The position numbers and the translations under genes are program-made. DNA of 64,000 nt from Patescibacteria group bacterium (lineage in GTDB: Bacteria > Patescibacteriota > Patescibacteriia > SG8-24), in NCBI GenBank assembly GCA_041667185.1, contig JBAYFM010000001.1:32052-96051 (forward strand), read 5' to 3'. The notes beneath the pieces were generated by a model. That model worked only from the letters and a program-made list of their open reading frames with translations. It was not told where the DNA came from and made no database searches. Below are positions 9,212 to 18,057 of the stretch, piece by piece. Position 1 is the stretch's first letter. The number at the start of each line of letters is the position of its first letter.

Positions 9212-9973
9212 ATGTTCCGCAACAAAGCCCATCACGAAGCCTCCAACCAGGCCGCGTTCTTCCTGCTTTTCGGTCTGGCCTTGTCCCTGGTCCTGCTTAG
9301 CGGCGTCCTGTGGCTCAGCGTCGGTTCGGGCATGGGAGCGAATAAAATCCTCGAGACCGGCGGGTCGGATCTGACGCGGTTATTGCCGCCCGGCTGGGCC
9401 GCCGTTGCCGGCTCGGAGGTCTCTTTTGACGACCCGGTTCGGCCGGCCCTGGTTTTCGCCGCCCGGCACGGACAGGCCGGAAGTTTGGAGCTGGCGGTCT
9501 GGGACCGGAAAGCCGGGGATTATCGCCTGGCTGCGCAGGTGGATTCCCGCCTGACCTCGCAGGTGGAATTGGAGGTTGCGGAGCTCGGCCAGGGGGCTGA
9601 GCAGGCGCTTTTGGCGACCGCACCGCTCGCTAATTTGAACGCCAAAGGGATTTTTTTTGCGGTGCGCAACGGCGACCGGCTGGAGATCGCGCGCATGAAG
9701 ACCGGGACCGGCCAAGTGCTGCCCGCCTTTTTTATTGACGGCTCCATTCCGAACGGCGATTCGCGGGTGGCTTTTTATGACGTGACCGGCGATGGTTTTG
9801 ACGAGGTGGTGGTCACGCGCCGGTCTTTCGGCGGCGCCGGCCCGGAGGCGTCCTGGGGCCGATCGGCGGATGTTTTCGAATGGAGCGGCGGCCTGTTCGT
9901 CTACGATCAGGAAATGAGCTGGGCTCTGACCAAGAGCGCGGAGGTTTTTCCGGAGCCGGCGGATCAGGAATAG
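9212..9973 (+). CDS. Hypothetical membrane-anchored extracellular protein
   Basis: N-terminal TM and a DVTGDGFDE Ca-binding (FG-GAP-like) loop; 3 nt after ftsX. Confidence 0.6.
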   Translation: MFRNKAHHEASNQAAFFLLFGLALSLVLLSGVLWLSVGSGMGANKILETGGSDLTRLLPPGWAAVAGSEVSFDDPVRPALVFAARHGQAGSLELAVWDRKAGDYRLAAQVDSRLTSQVELEVAELGQGAEQALLATAPLANLNAKGIFFAVRNGDRLEIARMKTGTGQVLPAFFIDGSIPNGDSRVAFYDVTGDGFDEVVVTRRSFGGAGPEASWGRSADVFEWSGGLFVYDQEMSWALTKSAEVFPEPADQE

Positions 9974-10043
9974 GCGCTTGACGCGGGACCGGTCAGACCA
10001 TAATCTGGTCTTTTGAGATCCGGCGGTCGATAGTCGTTTCAGC

Positions 10044-10114
10044 TCGGGGGTCGTCTAAAGGTAGGACCGCAGCCTTTGAAGCTGCTTATCTTGGTTCGAT
10101 TCCAAGCCCCCGAG
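10044..10114 (+). tRNA. tRNA-Gln(TTG), CCA not encoded
   Basis: TCGGGGG...GCAGC CTTTGAA GCTGC...CTTGG TTCGATT CCAAG CCCCCGA G. Confidence 0.92.
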
Positions 10115-10324
10115 CCGAGTCGATTATCGCTGGCGCCGCGCGAAGCTGCTTACCGCAGGTCCGTCCGTCAGGACGGACATTATAAATACGCGGCGGTGGC
10201 CGCCACCGCTTGCGGCAAGCCCGCCCTGGTTCCCGCACGAAGTGCGGGGCGGGCTTATCTTGGTTCGATTCCAAGCCCCCGAGCCGAGTCGATTATCGCT
10301 GGCGCCGCGCGAAGCTGCTTACCG
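10084..10324 (+). repeat. 72-bp direct repeat containing the tRNA-Gln 3' end (10084-10155 and 10253-10324), flanking a structured insert
   Basis: gcttatcttggttcgattccaagcccccgagccgagtcgattatcgctggcgccgcgcgaagctgcttaccg occurs twice. Confidence 0.9.
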
Positions 10325-10377
10325 TATTCTCATAAAAAAATCCCGCAACTCATCAGGTTGCGGGATCGAATTTGGAT

Positions 10378-10983
10378 TCAGAACAGTTTGAGTCCGCGCT
10401 GCCAGCGGCGCAGGACGCAGACCGCGCCGACGCCGCCGTCCGCGAGCAGGCTGCAGAGCGGGTAGGCGAGATCGATCCACTGTCCTTGCCAGCGCAGGAC
10501 GACGACGATCAGGCTGATGATATAGGCCAGGCCGAAACCGAACCAGGCGAGCGGTTTCTCGGTCAGCGGATCGCGCCAGACGCCGCGGAAAGTGGGGATG
10601 TTCGAGATCAGGAAAGCGACCTGGAGGAGCAGGTTGGCCCAGGCAGCGTCCCGCGAGACCCACCAGATCAGTCCGGCCGTCGAACCGATGGCGAGAATGA
10701 CTCCGTCGAAGCGCGAGAGCCGGGAAAGTTTTCCTTTGCTCGCGGCCAGGGTCAGGGTCACGGCGCAGGCGGCGGCGCCGGCGATGGGCGTGACCGACTT
10801 GGCCCAGTCCGCGCTCATGATGAGATAGCTCGCGGCGTTCAGGCCGGCCAGGAAAGTCCACAGGAGCCAGGTCGTGGTGTTGGGGCGCGACGCTCCGGTG
10901 AGCATTTGGCGATTATAAAGAGCATAAGAGGACAAGTGGATGAGACCGGCCAGGAGGCCGAGGCAGGAGCTGATTTCTAACAT
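10378..10983 (-). CDS. Hypothetical multi-pass membrane protein (PQ-loop-like)
   Basis: About 7 hydrophobic segments; RPNTTTWLLW and IPTFRGVWRDPLTE. Confidence 0.65.
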   Translation of the reverse strand: MLEISSCLGLLAGLIHLSSYALYNRQMLTGASRPNTTTWLLWTFLAGLNAASYLIMSADWAKSVTPIAGAAACAVTLTLAASKGKLSRLSRFDGVILAIGSTAGLIWWVSRDAAWANLLLQVAFLISNIPTFRGVWRDPLTEKPLAWFGFGLAYIISLIVVVLRWQGQWIDLAYPLCSLLADGGVGAVCVLRRWQRGLKLF

Positions 10984-11218
10984 AGGATATATGGTAACAA
11001 TAGCATTGGCGGAGAAGAAATTGATAGGCCACATCGAAATATCGACTTTCGGATGGTCAAGATATTCCGGATCAGGCTGGCATTGGTGCGCGGAAGCTGT
11101 GAATGATCGGTTGGATTGTCGATCGGGTAGATATCCACAACCCTGTTCCAGTCGATTTTTTGTTGTACTGGTTCAGGGTGGTGGCTCTGGGATCAAAGTT
11201 CATAATACCACCCTCCCC

Positions 11219-11248
11219 TTGACACATATGAAAAAATGTAATTATAAT
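11219..11248 (+). promoter_or_regulatory. sigma70-type promoter of the ArsR gene
   Basis: TTGACA-18-TATAAT. Confidence 0.7.
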
Positions 11249-11280
11249 ATTGATATATTCTAATACTGAAGTATTTTTTT

Positions 11281-11586
11281 ATGGTAAAGGCGGAGCTTAA
11301 GTCTTATAGGGATGTTTTGACGAATAAGAAGGTCCGTCATCATGCGCGGATGTTGCGGGCTATTTCTGGCCAGGCTCGTTGGCAGGTGCTGATGTTACTC
11401 CGGAACTCGGAAAATGGCCTTACAACCACGGATATAGCCGCAATTCTTAAGGCTACTCTGTCGCGCGTTTCTCATCAGTTGCGCATTCTTAAGGGTCATG
11501 GTCTCGTGAAAACCCAGCGCTATGGACGCAACGTGGTGTACGCCTTGGCCAACCCGTTGATCAAGGATTACATCGTCCTACCCTAA
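11281..11586 (+). CDS. ArsR/SmtB-family regulator
   Basis: RAISGQARWQVL...LSRVSHQLRILKGHGLV...GRNVVYAL. Confidence 0.88.
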   Translation: MVKAELKSYRDVLTNKKVRHHARMLRAISGQARWQVLMLLRNSENGLTTTDIAAILKATLSRVSHQLRILKGHGLVKTQRYGRNVVYALANPLIKDYIVLP

Positions 11587-11729
11587 GATCGTCAGTTCGA
11601 CCGGCCGCCTCACGGCGGTCTTTTTTTATCCGCGCGGTCGCCCGGGATCAGCGCTCTCACCAAAGTCTTGAAATATTTATCAAACCAGTTTATAATTCAC
11701 CAGTCGAAGAAATCTTCAGCGAAACGAGT

Positions 11730-12755
11730 ATGGATTCAGGAGCCATCAAGCTGATCTTCAGCGCCCTGGCGAATCCGATCCGTCTGGACATCCTGCACGC
11801 GCTTTATCACGGCGAGAAGAACGTGACCGAACTGGTCCGTGAACTTAGGCGCGATCAGAGTTTGGTCTCCCATAATTTGAAGCGACTCGTCGCATCTAAG
11901 CTCATCCGTTCCCGCAAGGAAGGGCAGTTCCGGTACTACTCGCTGCATCAGGGGTCGGTCGCCCCGCTTCTCCGCAACATTGAGGAACTCAAGAAATTCA
12001 TGGTCAGTAAAAGCGACGAGGTGCGCCGCCAGACGCAGGCTCGTTATGATCAGATCGTCCGGATGACTCCGGCGGCTCTCTTCATCCAGAAGAACGGGGC
12101 GGTCACTTTCGCCAATCGCGCCGGTCTGAAATTGCTCGCCGCCAAGAAAGAGTCCGATATTATCGGCCGGTCGTTCGAGGGGCTCACTAGTCCGGAATGC
12201 CGCGTCGAGATCAAGAAGAGATACATGGCCATGGCCGATGGCCGCAAACTGAAGGCTTATGAGACCCGGATCGTGCGGTTGGATGGCCGGGTCATCGATG
12301 TCCTGGCCAACGAGGAACCTTTGCAGGACGGCAGTAATAACAGCTGCATCGCCGTGCTGGTCGATATCACCGAGCAAAAGGAGATCGAGCGGAGGCTAGC
12401 CGCGGATCAGAACCTGATCAGGATGGCGTTGTCCGCGACTCGTGCGGTCGCCTGGCGCTGGGATATCAAGACCAACCGCGTAGAGATGCTGGGTGACGCC
12501 ATCGGCGTCCTGGGGGCGCGGCCGACCACCTCCCAGGCTATCTGGGCGTTGCTGCATCTTGATGATCTGCCTGTGATGCGCGGCGATTTCGAGGCTTCCA
12601 TGACCAAGCCGCGCGCCTCTTACGTCCGCCGCTGCCGGATCATCCGTCCGGATACCCGCGAGGTGAAGTGGGTCGAGCTCCACTCTTTCGGTTTTTACGA
12701 GAACGGGGTGAAAACACTCGTCGTCGGCATGGCGATCGAGGTCGAAGGAAAGTAG
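11730..12755 (+). CDS. ArsR HTH fused to two PAS domains
   Basis: FSALANPIRLDIL...VSHNLKRL, then PAS (FANRAG...IVRLDG...DITEQK) and a PAS_3-like domain. Confidence 0.85.
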   Translation: MDSGAIKLIFSALANPIRLDILHALYHGEKNVTELVRELRRDQSLVSHNLKRLVASKLIRSRKEGQFRYYSLHQGSVAPLLRNIEELKKFMVSKSDEVRRQTQARYDQIVRMTPAALFIQKNGAVTFANRAGLKLLAAKKESDIIGRSFEGLTSPECRVEIKKRYMAMADGRKLKAYETRIVRLDGRVIDVLANEEPLQDGSNNSCIAVLVDITEQKEIERRLAADQNLIRMALSATRAVAWRWDIKTNRVEMLGDAIGVLGARPTTSQAIWALLHLDDLPVMRGDFEASMTKPRASYVRRCRIIRPDTREVKWVELHSFGFYENGVKTLVVGMAIEVEGK

Positions 12756-13073
12756 GAGAGCGGATAAAGGGAACAATGCCCCGCGCTGAACGTGCTGGGC
12801 GTTTTTAGTTCGCCGCGGCGGAGAGTCGTGGCAGGTGCGGTTGCGCCGCGCGCCGTGGAGGGTCCGGGTCGCGCGAGCGAGGCCGGGCCAGCCTTCGCAC
12901 GTCAGCCAGTCTTGACTTTTTGTCGGACTCGTGCTATCTTTGGGGCCACGGTACAACGATCGATTTCCGGCCGGAAACAAGGCGTCTCAAGCGTCACGAT
13001 ACGAAGGCCATGTCGAACTTTACCGGGTAAAGGTCGTCTAAAAAGAATGCCCGCCGATAAGCGGGCCACACAT

Positions 13074-13265
13074 ATGGCTTTCGAACCTCGCCAGGGCGGT
13101 TTCCCGCCACGCCAGATCTTCGACGTTTCGGCCATGGGTCTCAAGTGCGCTGATTGCGGCGCCGACATCAAGGAACTTCCTTTTGAGCCCAAGACCGATC
13201 GCCCCGTCTACTGCCGCGATTGCAACCGCAACCGCCGCCAGAGCTACGGTCCGCGCAAGTTCTAA
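13074..13265 (+). CDS. CxxC-x17-CxxC zinc-ribbon protein
   Basis: CADCGADIKELPFEPKTDRPVYCRDC; terminator hairpin follows at ~13270-13302. Confidence 0.85.
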   Translation: MAFEPRQGGFPPRQIFDVSAMGLKCADCGADIKELPFEPKTDRPVYCRDCNRNRRQSYGPRKF

Positions 13266-13424
13266 TGGCAAAAAACTCCCCGCCGCAAGGTGGGGAGTTT
13301 TGTTATCGGGCGGATCGCGGCGCGGGCGCGCGCGGCTGTCCGTTGTTCTACTTATCTTGACTTTATCGGCGGCTGACGTAGGATGATCTGTCAGAGTTCT
13401 TTTTCAAACCACAGGAGGCAATAA

Positions 13425-14513
13425 ATGAACGCGGACCGAAAAGATGAATTGAAGGCTTGTCAGGACAGTCTGGTCCACTTGGCCACTTCCGACGGATCAG
13501 CCCGACGCCGTCATGACTCAGCGTCCGACGAAGACGGCTGGCTGGAGGGTTTCGGCTCGCCGTACGCGGCTGATTTCGACAAATTGCTGTGCAGCAAGGC
13601 GATCCGGCGTCTGGGCCGCAAGACCCAGGTCATCGCACAACCGCGGAATCGCCATGTGCGGGACCGGCTCAGTCATTCGTTCGAGGTGATGAGCACGGCC
13701 GCCATGATCGGCCGGATCCTGGGCCTGAACGAGCAGCTTTGCCGCTCGATCTCGCTTGGACACGATATCGGCCACACGCCGTTCGGCCATGCCGGCGAAT
13801 CGTTCCTGGCTCGCAAGACCGGGAAGAACTTCCGGCACGAGATCTTCGGCGCGGTGATCGCGCAGCAGATCGAGCGCCGCGGCGGCGGCCTCAACCTGAC
13901 CTGGCAGACCTTGAGCGGCATCCGGAACCATTCCCGCGGGTCCGGCGAGCTGCATACTGCCGGTCTCGCGCCGGAGGATGCTGTCGTGATGTACGCCGAC
14001 AAGATCAGCTACATCTTCGCCGACTTCAATGACGTGTTCACGCGCCGGCTGGCTAATGGCCAGTCGCTGCTCGTCGGGGATTTTCTCGGACTGGCCGAGG
14101 TTGTCGCCTGGTTCGGCGCGAATCATCGCGAGCGCGTCCAGACCTGCGTCACCGGTCTCTGCATCGAGTCGGCCGGAGCCGGCGCGGTCAGTTTCAGCGG
14201 ATCGGAGACTGCTCTCCGGTTCGCCGACCTGAAGAGCCGCATGTACAAGGTCTACGGCCGGGTTCACGCCGACGTCGACGAGCAGAAGATCCTGGAAGGC
14301 GTCTTCGCCGCTCTCGCCGAGTCCGCTCCGGACTACGATCCGGCCGTCTTGCTCGCGTTGCTCAATGACGAGGACGTGGCCTGGCTGGACGGTCTGTTGC
14401 ACCAGGGCGTCAGGATGACCAGTGATATTCTCGCGAATCTTTCCGTCGCCGATATCATGCGCCATCTTCTGAACAAGAGCATCGATTTCACCAATCCAGA
14501 TCTGGATTGGTGA
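13425..14513 (+). CDS. dgt: dGTP triphosphohydrolase-like HD-domain protein
   Basis: RRLGRKTQV, RDRLSHSFEV, LGHDIGHTPFGHAGE, GLNLT and YADKISY. Confidence 0.88.
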   Translation: MNADRKDELKACQDSLVHLATSDGSARRRHDSASDEDGWLEGFGSPYAADFDKLLCSKAIRRLGRKTQVIAQPRNRHVRDRLSHSFEVMSTAAMIGRILGLNEQLCRSISLGHDIGHTPFGHAGESFLARKTGKNFRHEIFGAVIAQQIERRGGGLNLTWQTLSGIRNHSRGSGELHTAGLAPEDAVVMYADKISYIFADFNDVFTRRLANGQSLLVGDFLGLAEVVAWFGANHRERVQTCVTGLCIESAGAGAVSFSGSETALRFADLKSRMYKVYGRVHADVDEQKILEGVFAALAESAPDYDPAVLLALLNDEDVAWLDGLLHQGVRMTSDILANLSVADIMRHLLNKSIDFTNPDLDW

Positions 14514-14652
14514 CAAGATCCAAGCGCCGTCCTCAGGACGGCGCTCTTTTTATCCGCAGCATCGGACGTCGCTGGTTTCGCAGCACGCCGCTCGGCGTGT
14601 CGGGAGCGGATAAAAAAACCGCTCCGGGCGCTGGGCGCGGGGCGGTTGGAGG

Positions 14653-15477
14653 TCAGAGCCGGGAAACGATCCGGCGGAGATAGCTGCCGAGAGCCGCCGA
14701 GGAATTCTTGGCGCGCTCGAGGTTGGTCTCGTGCGAGTGTTCTTCGACGTCGCTGTTCGTGACGAGTGCGAGCGCCAGGATTTTGGTTCCGGGATAGAGC
14801 GCTGCGACGCAACATTCCGGCAGGACGCTCATGCCGACGACGCTGGCGCCGGTGGCTTCGAGCAGTTTCTTGTCGTAGCGGCGGCTTTCGAAGAAGGGGC
14901 CGCGGACCATGACGTGTCCGCCGCCGCCGGCCGCGAGGCGCGGTTCGGTTTCGAAAGCGGCCTCGAAAGCGAGATTGCGCAGATGTTCGTCGAGCGTGTC
15001 CTCGGGCGAACAGAACTCGCCGGCGAAGAGCGGCATCTCCGGCGCGTACAGGGTGACGAAGCCGTCGATGACGCAGATGTTGCCGATCGCGAACTTGCGG
15101 CCGAGAGCGCCGGCGGCGCAGGTGACGATCAGATTCTGGGCGCCGAGCTGGATGAGCATCTCGGTCTGGAGCCGGACCATCGCCGCGAGCCCAGGGTCGC
15201 TGGGCGCTTCGTTCAGGTGGACTCGTCCGGAGAGCGCGGCCACGGTCTTGCCGGCGAGTTCGCCGACGAGGACTTTGCGGGCGTGGCCTTCGATGCCGCG
15301 CAAGCCGTTGAATCCAGGAAGTTGGCAGAATTCGACTTCGCGTTGGTTGTCGAGCTTGAGCGAGCTGCCCCAACCGGTGCCCAGGATGAGTCCGGCGTCG
15401 ATCCGTCCGACGTTGAGCAGATCCCTGATCTTGGCGGCAGCCTTTTCGGCGATGGCTTGATGTTTGAAACTCCTCAT
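14653..15477 (-). CDS. Purine nucleoside phosphorylase (trimeric PNP/XapA type)
   Basis: GLILGTGWG, EGHA, GRVHLNE, GPFFES, VGMSVLPE, LVTN and HSHE. Confidence 0.88.
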   Translation of the reverse strand: MRSFKHQAIAEKAAAKIRDLLNVGRIDAGLILGTGWGSSLKLDNQREVEFCQLPGFNGLRGIEGHARKVLVGELAGKTVAALSGRVHLNEAPSDPGLAAMVRLQTEMLIQLGAQNLIVTCAAGALGRKFAIGNICVIDGFVTLYAPEMPLFAGEFCSPEDTLDEHLRNLAFEAAFETEPRLAAGGGGHVMVRGPFFESRRYDKKLLEATGASVVGMSVLPECCVAALYPGTKILALALVTNSDVEEHSHETNLERAKNSSAALGSYLRRIVSRL

Positions 15478-15602
15478 GTTCGTTCTCCGTGGCTTGGTGA
15501 AAAGAGCTGTCGCGAGCGTAGTGTTTTAAGACGGTTCTGTCAATCCCGCGGCCTGTTTGGCCGCCCTGGGTGTATAATGATCTGCGAGAATATCCATATT
15601 TT

Positions 15603-16013
15603 ATGCTGTCGCGCCCAGACCTCGAAAAAATGATCCGGGAAGCGATCCTGGCGATACCGGAACCGATCCGCCGGCGGATCGGCAATGTTGCCGTGGTCGT
15701 CGAGGATCGCTGCCGCGCCGGCGAAGATTGCGACGGCGGATATTGGGGCGAGAATGATCTCCTGGGACTGTTCGAGGGTGTGCCGCTCGTCGACGAGGGG
15801 ATCGAGACGAGCGGTCTGCTGCCGGCGAAGATCACGATCTTCAGGAGCGCGATCGAAGAAGAAGCGGAGACGCCGGCGGAGATCCCGAAGATCGTCCGCG
15901 AGACGGTCTGGCACGAAGTCGCGCATTACGTCGGTTTTGACGAGGCCGAGACGGAGCGGCTGGAGGAAAAATGGGAACGGGGTTTCGCCGGCCGGAAGTT
16001 CGATCAGGGTTGA
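15603..16013 (+). CDS. Zincin-like metallopeptidase (Zincin_1 type)
   Basis: LLGLFEGVP, PAKITIFR and ETVWHEVAHYVG. Confidence 0.85.
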   Translation: MLSRPDLEKMIREAILAIPEPIRRRIGNVAVVVEDRCRAGEDCDGGYWGENDLLGLFEGVPLVDEGIETSGLLPAKITIFRSAIEEEAETPAEIPKIVRETVWHEVAHYVGFDEAETERLEEKWERGFAGRKFDQG

Positions 16014-16069
16014 GATCGCCGGCGGAATAAAAAAATCCGCCTCGCGTCAAGCGCGGGGCGGTTTTGCGT

Positions 16070-17170
16070 TCAGAGGCTGCTGAGGAAGCTGGCGACGGCT
16101 GAGATGGCCGCTCGCGATTTCGCTTCCCAGGAATCGTCGTTCCTGATGAAAGTGAAACGCGGGTGCTGACCCCAGATCCTGGCGATGCGGCGGCCGAGTC
16201 TGACCGCGGTTCCGTACGTTTCGGAACGGGCCGGATTGTTGGCCGACATTTTCTCGAAGATCTCCCGGGGCGGGGTTTCGAGACAGATCACGAGATCGTA
16301 GAGGCTGAATTCATGCTCGCGAGTGGTCCGACAGGCGTACTCCAGTTCCTTGAGGCCGCCGCGGATGTAAGCGGCGCCGTCGATGGTGCCGCGATCGAGC
16401 AGCAGAGCCTTCTTGTCGTCGCTTGCGGCCTGCAGGTCGGAGATCGTTTCGAAGCCGCGCTGGACGCGATAGATCGTGCGCTGGAATTGGCGCGCGCCGA
16501 CCGGGTCGTTCATCGGCGGTTTCACGCCGACCTGGGCGATGACGATTGTCGCGACCTCGGGGACGCAGTGGAGCGCGCCGCCGAAGCGTGCCTGGAGTTC
16601 GGCCATGAGCGCGCTCTTGCCGGAGCAAGGGCCGCCCGTGAGCACGATCCGCGGCCTGCGGTTCGGCAGTAGCTCGCGGACCGGACGGTCAGAGCCGGAG
16701 TCGGCGATGTCGCGCGCGAGCCGCGCCAGATGGCGGTTCGTGAGCGATTGCGTGACCTCGGTGGCGTCCTGGATCCAGTCGGGCAGGCGGAGGTCGAAGT
16801 CAGCCGAGGGCATCTCGTATTCGGCGAGCACCAGCCCGGTCAGGGCGTCGTGGAAGAAGTCGATCTCCCAGCCGTCGCGCACGAAGCGGGTCTTGCGAAT
16901 GACGTCGCTGCAGGAATTCAGCAGGAATTCGGCCGCTTCGACCGTGACGGGCTGGTTGTGTTCCTGCCGCACGGCACCGCAACCGTCCTTGCGGGTGATC
17001 TCGGCCCGAGCTGACTGGTCGCGTTTGCGGGTGATCCGGACGCGCAGGCTGAACTGGGGCGGGGTTTCGAAATAACCCTGGACGATCTCCTTGTTCGGAA
17101 AGCGCTGGATATCTGGATCGATGGAACGGACTAGGAAACGGCGTTCGATCTCTTCGATGGTGTTGGGCAT
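16070..17170 (-). CDS. CYTH domain fused to an AAA_28 (NadR/Ttd14-like) P-loop kinase
   Basis: EEIERRFLV, QGY, WEIDFF and LAEYE, followed by RIVLTGGPCSGKS, VPEVAT, LLDRGTID and NNPARSE. Confidence 0.85.
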   Translation of the reverse strand: MPNTIEEIERRFLVRSIDPDIQRFPNKEIVQGYFETPPQFSLRVRITRKRDQSARAEITRKDGCGAVRQEHNQPVTVEAAEFLLNSCSDVIRKTRFVRDGWEIDFFHDALTGLVLAEYEMPSADFDLRLPDWIQDATEVTQSLTNRHLARLARDIADSGSDRPVRELLPNRRPRIVLTGGPCSGKSALMAELQARFGGALHCVPEVATIVIAQVGVKPPMNDPVGARQFQRTIYRVQRGFETISDLQAASDDKKALLLDRGTIDGAAYIRGGLKELEYACRTTREHEFSLYDLVICLETPPREIFEKMSANNPARSETYGTAVRLGRRIARIWGQHPRFTFIRNDDSWEAKSRAAISAVASFLSSL

Positions 17171-17316
17171 GATAGCCTCCTTTTGGCAAAGAACGATCCC
17201 GAAGCTGCGAGGGCGTCGGGCGCGCCGTTACCTTAGGCGGCCGCGGCGAAAAAGTCAAAATCCGGCTGACAAAAAAAGACCCGTCCAGCGGACGGGTCAC
17301 AGAACGCGATTGAGGG

Positions 17317-17859
17317 TCACTTGAGCTTGGTGCTGGCGGCCATCGCGTCGAAGATTGGCAGGACCAGCGCGTTCGCTTCAGCTGGCCAGTGGCCGGCGAA
17401 GATCAAGATGAACCGCGGGTTTTCCGGCAAGATCCGGATGGTGACCTTTCCGACCCTGCCCGAGACCGTAGTCACGATGAACGAGGCCTGGTTGTCATCC
17501 TCGGCGGAGGTTATTTCCGAAACCTGGGCGCCGCTTTTTTGAACGCCAGCCGCGAAGTCCGTTGCGATCTTAATCGGAGAGCCGATCGCTGCCGGCAGGA
17601 GGCCGACCTTGATCAGGACTTGCAGTTTTTCGTTGATGACCAGGTTGTCGAGGTCGCCGGGCGTGGTGGAGGGGCCTTTCTGCAGATGCAGCCAGCCTTC
17701 CGGAACATCAATCAGCAATTGGAGCTGTTCTGATGGCGGCGGGCCTTGGTACTGGCGCGGGGTTCCGAGATCGGAGCCCGAGGCGCGGGTCCGGGGTGCG
17801 GCGCAGCTGACGGCGAACAGGGCGAATAGGGAGATGAGCGAAAAGCCCAGCTTCTTCAT
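17317..17859 (-). CDS. Hypothetical lipoprotein
   Basis: MKKLGF...FAVSC lipobox; AAGGAG SD. Confidence 0.7.
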   Translation of the reverse strand: MKKLGFSLISLFALFAVSCAAPRTRASGSDLGTPRQYQGPPPSEQLQLLIDVPEGWLHLQKGPSTTPGDLDNLVINEKLQVLIKVGLLPAAIGSPIKIATDFAAGVQKSGAQVSEITSAEDDNQASFIVTTVSGRVGKVTIRILPENPRFILIFAGHWPAEANALVLPIFDAMAASTKLK

Positions 17860-18057
17860 GACGGACTCCTTGTTTTGTGGCGAAGAACCAACAGCGGTCT
17901 TGTTCCGCTGGTCGGACCTTAACACAATGACGAGGGATGTAAAGCCGGTGCGCGGCGTTCTGGGCCGGACGGTCTCGTAAATCCGGTCGGCAACTATTAT
18001 AATATCAGGGTCGCATCCTGCGCGGTTCTCTTGTGGACGCCGGACGCGTTCAAAGCT

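Noticed and set aside
10084-12755. Integrated prophage or genomic island at tRNA-Gln
   Set aside because: The att-like repeats are only 169 bp apart, and there are no integrase or phage genes.
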